DNA from: Cylindrospermopsis raciborskii Cr2010
GTDB lineage: Bacteria > Cyanobacteriota > Cyanobacteriia > Cyanobacteriales > Nostocaceae
Length of the DNA stretch: 32,000 bases
Assembly (NCBI RefSeq): GCF_003367075.2
Contig: NZ_CP065936.1
Span: 1,320,001 to 1,352,000, forward strand
Direction: 5' to 3'
Shown here: positions 7,784 through 17,423 of the stretch, in pieces
Position numbering within the stretch: the stretch's first letter is position 1
Layout: every line of letters begins with the position of its first letter
Notes under the pieces: generated by a model
The model's input: only the letters and a program-made list of their open reading frames with translations
What the model was told of the DNA's origin: nothing
The model's database searches: none
Position numbers and translations under genes: made by a program

Positions 7784-10627
7784 CTATTGCGACAAGCTTT
7801 TAATGTCTCCTGTTGTAACTACTGTAAGTTGATCAGGATTGAGAATCTGACGTGCTAACTGATTGACCTGATCCCTGGTAACTTTTTGGATCTTTGATGG
7901 GAAAGTTTGTAGTTCCACCTGCTCAAGTCCAAAAAATTCGTTCATTAAAATTCTGGTAGTTAATTCCTGGAGTTTAGCTAAGGAAAGATTATAACTACTA
8001 ATCAAGGAGTGTTTTGCAGCTGCTATTTCCCCATTGGTGACTCCTGTTTGATATATGTCTTGCAGAATTTCACGAGTTTTCAATATGGCCTGCTGAGTAT
8101 GTTGGGAACTAGTTTGCATTTCTATAATAAAAGTCCCTGAGTTCTTTCCCCCTTGCAAATTACTGTAAATACCATATGTCAAGCCTAATTCATCTCTTAT
8201 TCGTGAACTTAACCTACCGGATACGGTATCCCCTGTTAAAATTTGATTTAATACTAAAGCTGAGTAAAATCTCGGATCTTGACGTTTTACACCCAGATTT
8301 CCCATATAGGTGACGGTTTGTGACTTCCCTAGTAATGGGTAATTAATCTGGAAACCTCGTTTTTTTCTTGCTACTTGTGGATATTGTACTGCTGGTGCTT
8401 TCCCACCAACTCGCCAATTGGCAAACTCCATTTCTAATAGTGATTTAACTCTTGCAAGTTCAAAATCACCTACTATTGCTAAAACCATATTATCTGGACG
8501 ATAATACATTTGTCTAAAATTCAACGTATCCTCCCTGCTCAGTTTTTGTATACTTTCTAAGGTGGGAAAGATGTGTAATGGATGATTTGACGGATAGAGT
8601 GCTTGGATAAATTTGCGATTTGCTACTTCATCAGCATCTTGTAAGTCTGACTTTAGCTCATTTATGGCCTTTTGACGACTGATTTCTAACTCTTTGGCGG
8701 GAAAGTTACTATTTTTGACTACGTCAGCAACAGTATGTAACAATATGGCTAAGTCTTCTCTCAGACTTTTTCCTAGTAATCGGACTCCCTCCCTAAATAC
8801 AGTAAATTCTAAACTCGCTCCTCTACTGTCTAAGGTTTCTGCAATCACAGACATACTTTGCGTTGTGGTTCCATTCATCAAGCTATCTGCTACCAAGGAT
8901 GCTAAGCCAGCTTTTTGTGCTTGGTCAAATTCTTTACCACCCTGAATGTATCCAGCTACTGTAATTGTAGGAATGCTTCTGTCTGCTAACAATAGTACCT
9001 TTAAACCATTATTTAGCTTTAACTTTTGGGGAATTATAGCTCTCACTATGGGAATCTCACTGTTATTGCTAGATGGTAAATACTTGGTTACCTCAGCATC
9101 ACTCACTTGCTCTCTACTGTTTAAGTGTTCTAATGGTACCTGTTCTAAGAATTCCTCAGTTTTCACACCCGGAGTTTGATAAGAACTATTTGAGGTGTTT
9201 TGATCAGGTACAAAAAAACCAATTACTGCACTTTTAGTTAAGTATTTTTTTGTAACATTAATAACCTGATTCGCATTTACTTGACTAACTCCTTCTAAAT
9301 ATTTTTCTGTATATTCGTAATCATTAGCAATTAGCTGGTCATTAGCCAATTGCATGGCTTGACTAGTTACATCTTGTCTGTTGAAAATTACTGATGCTAT
9401 GATTTGTTTTTTAGCTCGTTCCATATCTTTGTTTTTAATACCTGTTTGAACAAGTTCGGTGATTGCGCTTTCAATAGTAGAGTATACGGTTTGTAAATCT
9501 TGATCCGGTGCAGGAATCACCGATAAATCATACCAACCACCTTGTCGCAAGCTCACAACACGAGCAGAAAGGTCTGTAACCAAACCAGAGGAGACCAAAG
9601 TTTGATAAAGATGGGAATTTTTTCCCCCAGTCAGAATATAGTCCATTACTCCCAAAGCGGGAATATCTGGATGATGCAAATTGGGAAGTGGATAAATTAT
9701 TTGCAAAAGTTTTTTCCCCCCGGGTTCCCGCAGAATTATCGGTGAACTGGAAGGTTGGAAAACAGGAGAAGGGGGAAATGAGGGTAATTGTTGACTCGGA
9801 GGAATTTTACCAAATATTTCTTTAACAGCTTGCAAGGTTTTGCTGGTGGTAAAGTCTCCCACAATTACTAAAACAGCATGGTTGGGATGATAGTGTTTTT
9901 CATAATGTTCCCTGAGCTGCTCAACGGTCAAATTGACTACATCGCTTTTAGTGCCACCCGTGGGTAACCCATAACCATGATGGGGAAATATGGACCGCAT
10001 TACAGCCCTTTTGAGACGGTATTTGGGACGGTTTTCATAACCTTCTAATTCGGAAATCACTACTTGCTTTTCGCTGGCTAAATCTTGACTATCAATTAGC
10101 AGATTCGCCATTCTATCCGCTTCTAATTCCAGTAATGCTTGTAGTTGATTTTTGTATACAGTATGATAGTATGCTGTTTGTTCATAACTGGTAAATGCAT
10201 TTGAGTTACTACCTAACCTGTTAAATATTTTAGAAAATTGTATGGGACGTTTTTTTGTACCTTTAAACATTATATGCTCTAGTTGATGAGCAATCCCACT
10301 CATCCCTGAACTATCCTGGGATGAACCTACATTATACCAAACTTGTACTGTCACAACTGGAGCGCTGTGTACTTCTCTGGTTAATACTGTTAACCCGTTG
10401 GATAGAACTATTTTTTGGACGTTGCCAACCATTCTACGATTATTTATTTCCAGTGCTTGTGGGGGTATTTTTTCTAATCTTGCTTGGTAGGTTTCTGATT
10501 TCGGTTCCATAAACCCCAGGGGAATATGGAATATATCTCCCAAATACAGTCCTAGGGTAAGGGAGAATGATAATATAAATAACAGTAAGAATAAACGAGA
10601 CCGGTAAAAGGCAAAAATCGCAAGCAT
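7784..10627 (-). CDS. M16-family (pitrilysin-like) zinc peptidase, tandem two-unit form with an N-terminal membrane anchor
   Basis: 947 aa. The inverted zinc motif HQLEHIMFKGT lies in the first half. The second M16-like half lacks HxxEH. The N-terminus is hydrophobic. Confidence 0.85.
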   Translation of the reverse strand: MLAIFAFYRSRLFLLLFILSFSLTLGLYLGDIFHIPLGFMEPKSETYQARLEKIPPQALEINNRRMVGNVQKIVLSNGLTVLTREVHSAPVVTVQVWYNVGSSQDSSGMSGIAHQLEHIMFKGTKKRPIQFSKIFNRLGSNSNAFTSYEQTAYYHTVYKNQLQALLELEADRMANLLIDSQDLASEKQVVISELEGYENRPKYRLKRAVMRSIFPHHGYGLPTGGTKSDVVNLTVEQLREHYEKHYHPNHAVLVIVGDFTTSKTLQAVKEIFGKIPPSQQLPSFPPSPVFQPSSSPIILREPGGKKLLQIIYPLPNLHHPDIPALGVMDYILTGGKNSHLYQTLVSSGLVTDLSARVVSLRQGGWYDLSVIPAPDQDLQTVYSTIESAITELVQTGIKNKDMERAKKQIIASVIFNRQDVTSQAMQLANDQLIANDYEYTEKYLEGVSQVNANQVINVTKKYLTKSAVIGFFVPDQNTSNSSYQTPGVKTEEFLEQVPLEHLNSREQVSDAEVTKYLPSSNNSEIPIVRAIIPQKLKLNNGLKVLLLADRSIPTITVAGYIQGGKEFDQAQKAGLASLVADSLMNGTTTQSMSVIAETLDSRGASLEFTVFREGVRLLGKSLREDLAILLHTVADVVKNSNFPAKELEISRQKAINELKSDLQDADEVANRKFIQALYPSNHPLHIFPTLESIQKLSREDTLNFRQMYYRPDNMVLAIVGDFELARVKSLLEMEFANWRVGGKAPAVQYPQVARKKRGFQINYPLLGKSQTVTYMGNLGVKRQDPRFYSALVLNQILTGDTVSGRLSSRIRDELGLTYGIYSNLQGGKNSGTFIIEMQTSSQHTQQAILKTREILQDIYQTGVTNGEIAAAKHSLISSYNLSLAKLQELTTRILMNEFFGLEQVELQTFPSKIQKVTRDQVNQLARQILNPDQLTVVTTGDIKSLSQ

Positions 10628-10667
10628 ACATTTTAAAACATATCACTAAATATACTATTCGTAGTAT

Positions 10668-11114
10668 TTAACCTTTATTCTCTACGCTTAAACTATTTGG
10701 CAAAAAACGGATAAACTCTAATGGTAAATTATCCATGTCAGCAATAAAAGTTACCTCTAAAATGCGATCGCCTATTTGTTGTTGAGTAGGTTCTAAAAGA
10801 ACTTTCAGGGGTGATAGTTCCAAAACCAAAGACATTTTCTGTTGCAATTCTAACAGCCAAGCAGATAAATCTGACACTCGGGAAGTGAGATCAAAGGAAA
10901 GATGATAATAACCCACATAATTCTCATCCGTAAAAGCATCCGGTGCGGGTTTGGGTTGAGGAATTTGAATCAATTCGATGCGACTATCTAATCCCTCCAA
11001 CCAACAAGCTAAAGTATAACCTGTCGTGAAGCGAGTGCCAACTACAAAACCTAGTTCTTGATAAAATGCGATTGCCCGATGAATATTACCCGTTCTAATA
11101 GAAACATGATGCAT
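10668..11114 (-). CDS. VOC (glyoxalase/bleomycin-resistance/dioxygenase) family protein
   Basis: 148 aa. The N-terminus MHHVSIRTGNIHRAIAFYQELGF is typical of VOC-fold proteins. Confidence 0.7.
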   Translation of the reverse strand: MHHVSIRTGNIHRAIAFYQELGFVVGTRFTTGYTLACWLEGLDSRIELIQIPQPKPAPDAFTDENYVGYYHLSFDLTSRVSDLSAWLLELQQKMSLVLELSPLKVLLEPTQQQIGDRILEVTFIADMDNLPLEFIRFLPNSLSVENKG

Positions 11115-11195
11115 AGTTTGGCATAGTTTAGGGATTTGAGGACGGAATAATGACTCACCTAATCAGGTTAGGTGAGAGACGAGCTGCACGACAGC

Positions 11196-11708
11196 TTACT
11201 CAAACAGTCGGAAATAGGGGTAACGCACGGGAGCGCCTGGTTCCTTATCCAAATCAAAGTTAATCACATCCCAGCATGGCTCATCAAGCGGATCTGGTCC
11301 AAACTCCACTGGTAAACCATACAATCGAGCATTACCTGTTTCCGGTTGTTCTGACCGCCAAGAACTACTTCGCTCCAAGTAACCACTCATTAGCTCTTGA
11401 TAACGCCGGGCAATAATCACTCTTGTAGCACGATAACCCTGAGTATAGAGCTTATCTAGCGCCTCATGAATTTCAAAGCGTATGCCATCAGGATGAGTAT
11501 GTTGTCTATACCATTCATTACCCCATTTGCGCCAGTGACGACCCGACTGGAGATGTACTAACTCCTCAGTTTTGGGATTAGCTTCAAAAGCACCGTGCCG
11601 TATGCACAAGTAAGTATCAGTCAAAGTCAGCGCCGGAATGGTCTGGCGACAGTGTGGACACTGTATTTCAGGTCCAAATATTGGGTACTGTAAGCCTGGA
11701 TTCATCAT
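11196..11708 (-). CDS. Conserved cyanobacterial hypothetical protein with a possible N-terminal zinc ribbon
   Basis: 170-aa ORF with a CPHC...C..H arrangement near the N-terminus. I recognise the sequence style as a cyanobacteria-restricted family but cannot name it reliably. Confidence 0.55.
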   Translation of the reverse strand: MMNPGLQYPIFGPEIQCPHCRQTIPALTLTDTYLCIRHGAFEANPKTEELVHLQSGRHWRKWGNEWYRQHTHPDGIRFEIHEALDKLYTQGYRATRVIIARRYQELMSGYLERSSSWRSEQPETGNARLYGLPVEFGPDPLDEPCWDVINFDLDKEPGAPVRYPYFRLFE

Positions 11709-11864
11709 GAAGTGTGTACAAGCATAGTTTTATATTTAGCAGCACCAATAGGTTGGATTTAACACCCTGGGTCAAAAGATAAGGATAAGCAATCCCCAGC
11801 AGTTATTACTGATTGTACAGGACAAATGACTGTGATATGCTAATTATGCAACCAATTTCTTAGG

Positions 11865-12455
11865 TTGAAGTTTTTCCAGTGTTCCTGGTTACCATATCAA
11901 AATTCTATCGTGTCTACTGCTTCCTATTGGACATCTCCGGATTTTTCTCAAGCCGCTTTTATAGCCACCAATGCCATTGTAATTGGATCGGTTAAAGTTG
12001 CAGCAAGGTCGAGTATTTGGTATAGTGCAGTGGTTAGGGGAGATGTGGAACGGATTGAAATTGGGGAATGCACAAACGTACAAGACGGAGCTATACTACA
12101 TGGAGATCCTGGTCTACCTACTATTTTAGAAGACCATGTTACTGTAGGGCATCGTGCTGTGATACATTCTGCCCACATTGAACGAGGTAGTTTAATTGGC
12201 ATTGGTGCAATAGTTTTAAATGGGGTTCGTATTGGTCATAGTAGCATCCTGGGAGCAGGTGCGGTAGTAACCAAAGACATACCTCCCTATTCTCTTGTCG
12301 TTGGAGTACCCGGTAAAATAGTCCGTCAAGTAACAGAAACTGAAGCGGCGGAACTTTTTGAACATGCCGAAAAATATCATCAGTTAGCCCTAGTCCATGC
12401 AGGAAAGGGGAAGGACATAGGTTTTATCCCACATTCTGCTCCCTTGGAAAAATGA
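11865..12455 (+). CDS. Gamma-carbonic-anhydrase-like / left-handed beta-helix (hexapeptide repeat) protein
   Basis: Motifs SIWYSAVVRGD, TNVQDGAILHGD and HRAVIHSAHI plus hexapeptide repeats. The start is uncertain: TTG at 11865 or GTG at 11910, with no in-frame ATG near the 5' end. Confidence 0.8.
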   Translation: MKFFQCSWLPYQNSIVSTASYWTSPDFSQAAFIATNAIVIGSVKVAARSSIWYSAVVRGDVERIEIGECTNVQDGAILHGDPGLPTILEDHVTVGHRAVIHSAHIERGSLIGIGAIVLNGVRIGHSSILGAGAVVTKDIPPYSLVVGVPGKIVRQVTETEAAELFEHAEKYHQLALVHAGKGKDIGFIPHSAPLEK

Positions 12456-12611
12456 CCAACTTGAGGTAAAAATTAAGAAGGGAGCGGATAAAGTATCCAT
12501 CCCCTCACGAACATTATTGTTCCGCTGTCACCTTCGGGTTGACGCTCCACCCCTTTAGGGCTGGAAAAGTTACAAACACTTTAATTCCCATATAACAGAG
12601 GTTTTCTCGAT

Positions 12612-12737
12612 ATGAACATTGATACCCGCATAGTAATTGTCCTAGCACCCTTAGTTATTGCCGCAAGCTGGGCTGCCTTTAATATAGGTGCTGCAGCTCT
12701 AAGACAAGTACAAGCCTTTTTAAATAAAGAAGCCTAA
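12612..12737 (+). CDS. psbY: Photosystem II protein Y (PsbY), 41 aa; absent from the ORF track because of its size
   Basis: Translation is [41 protein letters not shown]. It closely resembles Synechocystis PsbY as I recall it (..VVSPLLIAATWAAINIGAAAIRQLQ..). Confidence 0.85.
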   Translation: MNIDTRIVIVLAPLVIAASWAAFNIGAAALRQVQAFLNKEA

Positions 12738-12750
12738 ATTATGCAAGCGG

Positions 12751-12791
12751 TTGAACGCACCCCATCTATAATCAATGAGTGGTGCGTTCAA
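12751..12791 (+). terminator. Perfect 11-bp inverted repeat (TTGAACGCACC / GGTGCGTTCAA) with a 19-nt loop; possible psbY terminator or folC translational structure
   Basis: Read directly. It begins 14 bp after the psbY stop. No U-tract follows, so terminator function is uncertain. Confidence 0.4.
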
Positions 12792-14163
12792 TTACCTAAC
12801 TGTCAACTTGCCATCTACTCCTTACTTAGTTCCCTATTATGCCGTGGATTCTTTACTTCAACCTTTCAAGCACTTTGGTGTTAACTTAGGACTTACCCGT
12901 ATTGTCAAGTTACTAGAGACCTTAAATAGTCCCCATAGACAGGTTCCCATAATTCATGTTGCGGGAACTAATGGTAAGGGTTCAGTTTGCGCCTATTTAT
13001 CCTCCATTTTAACAGAGTCAGGTTACAAAACAGGTAGATACACTTCGCCTCATTTAATAGACTGGAATGAACGTATATGTATCAATGAAAAGCCCATTGC
13101 AAGTGAAGAACTAACTAAATTAATCGAAAGAGTGAAAGCTGTGATTAACTCAAATGAAGAGCAGCCCACACAATTCGAGATAATTACAGCAGCATCCTGG
13201 CTATACTTTGCCCAGGAGAAAGTGGATATAGCAGTAGTAGAAGTTGGACTGGGGGGGAGATTAGACGCTACTAATGTTTGTGATCAACCATTAGTAACAG
13301 TAATCACCTCAATTAGTAGGGATCACTGGCAGCAGCTAGGTTCAAGCATCAGTGATATTGCCAGAGAGAAGGCGGGGATCATTAAAGCTGGATGTCCGGT
13401 AGTGATAGGGAAATTGCCAGAGGATGCCAAGAAAGCAGTGATATGCAGGGGTGTAGAACTGGAAAGTCCAATTATGGTCGTATCACCTGCAAGAGAAATT
13501 AGTCCTGGGTGGGCAGAATATCAAACCGTAGAACCGGGGGGGCATATTAAAGCAATTAAATATCCATTACCATTGAAAGGGGAAATTCAACTCACTAATT
13601 CCGCTCTAGCATTAGCGAGTTTAGGAATGTTGCAAAAACAAGGATGGGAGATTTCTGGTCAAGCCATAATTAAGGGTATGGAGAAGACTAAATGGCCAGG
13701 AAGAATGCAATGGTTTAATTGGAAAAATCACCAACTGTTAATTGATGGTGCACATAATCCAGAATCAGCAGAGGTTTTGAGGAATTATGTAGACAGTATA
13801 GGAGATAGAAACAAAAATATAACTTGGGTAATGGGGATGCTAACTACAAAAGACCATAAAGATATTTTCAGAGAGCTGTTAAAGACAAAAGATAGATTAT
13901 ACCTAGTACCAGTACCGGGGAGTGATTATGCAAACCTAGATTATTTAAAGGCTCTGGCTTTAGAAACTTGTCCGGACTTAGATTTTTGTGCAATATATGA
14001 GGATATATTTTTGGCATTAAATGCTGCCTTTGGTTTGTTAAAAACTAAAGATAATACGAATAATAATAGAAATAATAGTACAAATATAAATGGCCCGGTT
14101 GTTTTATGTGGTTCTTTGTACTTAATTGGTCACTTCTTTTCCCAGGTTAGTCCTGCAAAATAG
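12775..14163 (+). CDS. folC: Bifunctional folylpolyglutamate synthase / dihydrofolate synthase (FolC)
   Basis: Mur-ligase P-loop VAGTNGKGS, followed by TSPHLIDWNERI and DGAHNP. The start is uncertain: the ATG at 12775 lies in the loop of the 12751-12791 hairpin. GTG at 12844 would give MDSLLQPF..., which resembles the homologue N-termini I recall. Confidence 0.85.
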   Translation: MSGAFNYLTVNLPSTPYLVPYYAVDSLLQPFKHFGVNLGLTRIVKLLETLNSPHRQVPIIHVAGTNGKGSVCAYLSSILTESGYKTGRYTSPHLIDWNERICINEKPIASEELTKLIERVKAVINSNEEQPTQFEIITAASWLYFAQEKVDIAVVEVGLGGRLDATNVCDQPLVTVITSISRDHWQQLGSSISDIAREKAGIIKAGCPVVIGKLPEDAKKAVICRGVELESPIMVVSPAREISPGWAEYQTVEPGGHIKAIKYPLPLKGEIQLTNSALALASLGMLQKQGWEISGQAIIKGMEKTKWPGRMQWFNWKNHQLLIDGAHNPESAEVLRNYVDSIGDRNKNITWVMGMLTTKDHKDIFRELLKTKDRLYLVPVPGSDYANLDYLKALALETCPDLDFCAIYEDIFLALNAAFGLLKTKDNTNNNRNNSTNINGPVVLCGSLYLIGHFFSQVSPAK

Positions 14164-14166
14164 GCA

Positions 14167-14202
14167 GCCAGAACATCCCCTCAAGTTTTGAGGTATTCTG
14201 GC
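14167..14202. terminator. Imperfect hairpin between convergent folC and the solute-binding-protein gene
   Basis: GCCAGAA/TTCTGGC outer stem and CCTCAA/TTGAGG inner stem with a GTT loop. It starts 4 bp after the folC stop. Confidence 0.35.
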
Positions 14203-14240
14203 AGTTATATTCTTTAGCTTTGGCGAATTGTGACCAATTC

Positions 14241-15515
14241 CTACCTACTATCCCATTGTTTGGCAGCATCAGCAACAGCTTGATCTACAGTTTTTCGTCC
14301 CAACATTGCTGCTTGAAGATTTTCGTAAATTGCCCTTTGTAGCAATTTAAAATCCTTCATTTTAGGAGTTAAAACCTGAGCCTTTTGCATTTCTTGCGCA
14401 CTGATAATACGTGCTTTTTCCACAGTAGAAGCATTAGCAGGAACTTCCCGAAAATAACTGTTAGATAATGCTCTAACAGTTGATGGTAAAACATTAGCTG
14501 CTTTTGCAAAACCTAATTGATTGTCATCATTGGTAACAAACAAAGCAAATTTGAGTGCTGCATCCGGATTTTTACTGCTACGAGGAATAACAACATTCAT
14601 CACAGCTACATTTTTTTTACCCGTATTACCCGTAATTTGGGGAGCTATGGTAGAAGACTTAGCGATTTGTGGAGCATTGTTGGCAATAGTTTTTAAAAAC
14701 TCAGCCCCCGATGCCAAAAATGCAGTTTCTCCCGACTGATATAGATCAATAGCGTGACGATGACCCTGAGTTAAACATTCCTTAGGTAATAGTCCCTGCT
14801 GATATAGATCCACCCAGTATTTAAAACCAGCCCTACCCTCGGGTGTATTAAAAGCCGCTTTCTCTTGCTTATCCACTAAATTAACACCCATTTGCACAAG
14901 AGATTCTAAAACCTCACCTGAGTCTTGAGGAACAAAGGTGGTGAAAAAGGCATACTTGCCCGTTTTGTCATGAATTTGTCGTGCTGCTTGGGCTAGTTCC
15001 TGATAGGTTGCTGGTGGTTTAGAGATACTTGCTTGTTTGAGTAAATCAGTGTTATAAATAGTTATGCGGGTGGTCAAATACCAGGGAATGCCAAAACTCT
15101 TACCATTAAGAGTGCTGGCTTGCCATATGTTTGGCAAATAGGATGAACGAACCTCAGGTGATACCTTGGCATCCAAATCTAACCAGGCATTTCGTCCCGC
15201 TAATTGGGCAGCAAAATCTGGGTTTAAATTAACCACATCTGGTGGGGTTTTTGCGGATACAGCCGTTAAAATCTTACTTTCCATGGCAGCCCAAGGCACA
15301 TCTACCCATTTAACCTTAATACCAGGGTTTTGGGATTCAAAGGTGGAAATTAAACCTTGGAAATAACTGGTGAATTCCGGTTGCAGTTGCATAGTCCAAA
15401 ATTCAACAGTCGTTCCCACATTTGCTGTGGTACAACTAACTACCCAGCTGGCTAGTAATCCTACTAGACCTAAAACAGTGAGCCGTGAAAATTTTGATGA
15501 TCGGATTTTTGGCAT
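14241..15515 (-). CDS. ABC transporter extracellular solute-binding protein (family 1, sugar-type), lipoprotein
   Basis: 424 aa. Signal peptide with a lipobox-like VVSC. WTMQL..FE..NPGIKV.. is typical of sugar-binding proteins. No permease or ATPase gene is adjacent. Confidence 0.8.
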   Translation of the reverse strand: MPKIRSSKFSRLTVLGLVGLLASWVVSCTTANVGTTVEFWTMQLQPEFTSYFQGLISTFESQNPGIKVKWVDVPWAAMESKILTAVSAKTPPDVVNLNPDFAAQLAGRNAWLDLDAKVSPEVRSSYLPNIWQASTLNGKSFGIPWYLTTRITIYNTDLLKQASISKPPATYQELAQAARQIHDKTGKYAFFTTFVPQDSGEVLESLVQMGVNLVDKQEKAAFNTPEGRAGFKYWVDLYQQGLLPKECLTQGHRHAIDLYQSGETAFLASGAEFLKTIANNAPQIAKSSTIAPQITGNTGKKNVAVMNVVIPRSSKNPDAALKFALFVTNDDNQLGFAKAANVLPSTVRALSNSYFREVPANASTVEKARIISAQEMQKAQVLTPKMKDFKLLQRAIYENLQAAMLGRKTVDQAVADAAKQWDSR

Positions 15516-15552
15516 AAATTTGTTAAAATTTCTACAAAAGTAGCGTAGATCA

Positions 15553-16623
15553 ATGGTAAAAAACTTAGGTTTTAGTGACTTTTTAAGTTACTGGGGTAAT
15601 TTTCTGGGTAAGTCTACTAGGGGTGTGGGTGTGGAACTGACAGGAGATAGGCTAAATATAGCCCAACTGCACAGGGTGCGTCAGGGTTTAAGAATAGAGT
15701 CATTGAGCACATTTCCTATTCCAGAAGGGATAATGGTCAATGGTGAAATTTGTGATTGTCCCAGGATGGGAGAAATTATCTCACAAGCAATAGTGGAAAG
15801 TAAAATCAAAACCACTCAGATTAGAACTTGTATACCCGAAAAACATGCTATTGTGCGTATAATTCCCGCACCATTAGAGTTGGAGGGCCAAGAGTTATAT
15901 GATTTATTTATCAATCAGGAAGCTGGATTATATTTACCCTATCCACGAGAGGAAGCGGATATAGACTATCAAAAGTTGGGGTATTTCATAGATCAAGATG
16001 GCATAGAAAAAGCACAGGTTCTCCTAGTTGCTACCCGTAGGGAAATTACGGACAGTTATATTCACACTTTTGCTCTAGCTGGACTGAAAATAGAGGTTTT
16101 AGAAATTAAAAGTTTTGCTACTATTAGAACTATCCAAAAGCACCTATTAATATTGAGACCTGAAGAAGCTGTAGTGTTAGTCAATATTGAATTTGACCAT
16201 ACAGAAGTTGCCATGATTATCAATGGTGTGCCACAGTTTTCCCGTACTATTGCTATTGGTACGTTTCAATTAGAAACTGCTATATCTAGGGAGATAAGTT
16301 TACCTGCACGGGAAATGATGTTAATGACTATTCCTTATAGAGCAGAATCAGAATTAGACATGCTAGAGCAATTAGCAGCTGAGATAGGTCGTACTATTGA
16401 TTTTTGTATTAATCAAATTGAGTCTATGGAGGTATCCCAAATTTTTCTAACTGGTGCTGGAGGAGGGATGGAACAGCTAGATGAGTTTTTGACTGATAGA
16501 TTGGGTTTTACAACCAGTAGAATTAATCCTTGTGAAGATCTATTAGTGGACAGGGATAAATTTCCCTCGTCACAGGATCCTAGTTTAGCAGTGGTCTTAG
16601 GTTTAGGGATGCGTCAAATATAG
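15553..16623 (+). CDS. pilM: Type IV pilus assembly protein PilM
   Basis: 356 aa with an actin-like ATPase fold pattern. It is the first gene of a pilM-pilN-pilO arrangement. Confidence 0.85.
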   Translation: MVKNLGFSDFLSYWGNFLGKSTRGVGVELTGDRLNIAQLHRVRQGLRIESLSTFPIPEGIMVNGEICDCPRMGEIISQAIVESKIKTTQIRTCIPEKHAIVRIIPAPLELEGQELYDLFINQEAGLYLPYPREEADIDYQKLGYFIDQDGIEKAQVLLVATRREITDSYIHTFALAGLKIEVLEIKSFATIRTIQKHLLILRPEEAVVLVNIEFDHTEVAMIINGVPQFSRTIAIGTFQLETAISREISLPAREMMLMTIPYRAESELDMLEQLAAEIGRTIDFCINQIESMEVSQIFLTGAGGGMEQLDEFLTDRLGFTTSRINPCEDLLVDRDKFPSSQDPSLAVVLGLGMRQI

Positions 16624-16652
16624 ATAGTCCATTATATATATAATATTTTCCT

Positions 16653-17423
16653 ATGTACAATTTAGAAATTAATTTTCTCCAGCATCGCTCAAGTAGCAAA
16701 TTAAAGGTAGAGTATGGGAATGAGGTTAACTCAATAAATCAGTCAATCAATAAGAGAAATTTTATCCCCATATTTGTGGGATTGGGATTGGGTTTATGTT
16801 TTCCAGCTTTAGCATGGAGTAGTTTGTGGTGGTTACAAGACCAAAATAGCGGTTTAGAAGGGGAAGTTGCCCAACTAAACAACCACAGTCAAAACCTAGA
16901 TCAGCAATTAATTCAGATGCAAAAAATCCGGGAACAAACCACTACAATTGAACAACAAACTGAGAACTTAGTCACAGTATTTGAGCAAATGAGATCCTGG
17001 TCAGTTATTTTACAGGAACTGGGCAATAGGATTCCTAGCAAAGTTCAAATTGAAAGTCTTGAGCATAAGCAAATTACTACCCTATCTACCAAGACAGAGC
17101 AATTAGAAATTACGGGTTATGCTCTAAATTTTAAAGCTGTAAACCAATTCCTCTTAAATATAGGAAAATCTAAACTATTTAATGCCAAAAATAGTCGAAT
17201 TAATATGGCAGAATTAGTTGATGCACCCCCAGTAACTGGTGCTATAGTAACCCAACAGTCATCCATGGAATTTAAACCACTTCAAGTTGTTAAATATAAT
17301 ATGACAATTAGTCTAACTGATGTGCCAGTATCCAATCTAGTTAGGGAATTAGAAAAAAAAGGTGCCATGGGATTAGTGGAAAAAATTCGTCATTTAGAAA
17401 GAATAGGAGCTATTAGTAAATGA
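16653..17423 (+). CDS. pilN: Type IV pilus assembly protein PilN
   Basis: N-terminal INFL motif, a single TM helix, then a coiled coil. Placed directly after pilM. Confidence 0.7.
   Translation: MYNLEINFLQHRSSSKLKVEYGNEVNSINQSINKRNFIPIFVGLGLGLCFPALAWSSLWWLQDQNSGLEGEVAQLNNHSQNLDQQLIQMQKIREQTTTIEQQTENLVTVFEQMRSWSVILQELGNRIPSKVQIESLEHKQITTLSTKTEQLEITGYALNFKAVNQFLLNIGKSKLFNAKNSRINMAELVDAPPVTGAIVTQQSSMEFKPLQVVKYNMTISLTDVPVSNLVRELEKKGAMGLVEKIRHLERIGAISK

Noticed and set aside
5343-10646. Track ORFs 5343-5528(+), 5533-5751(-), 7361-7570(+), 8694-8945(+), 8946-9179(+), 9542-9745(+), 10321-10512(+) and 10440-10646(-)
   Set aside because: They are nested within dnaE-C, the ATPase-nuclease gene or the M16 peptidase gene, out of frame or antisense. 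They have no domain signatures and are typical shadow ORFs.
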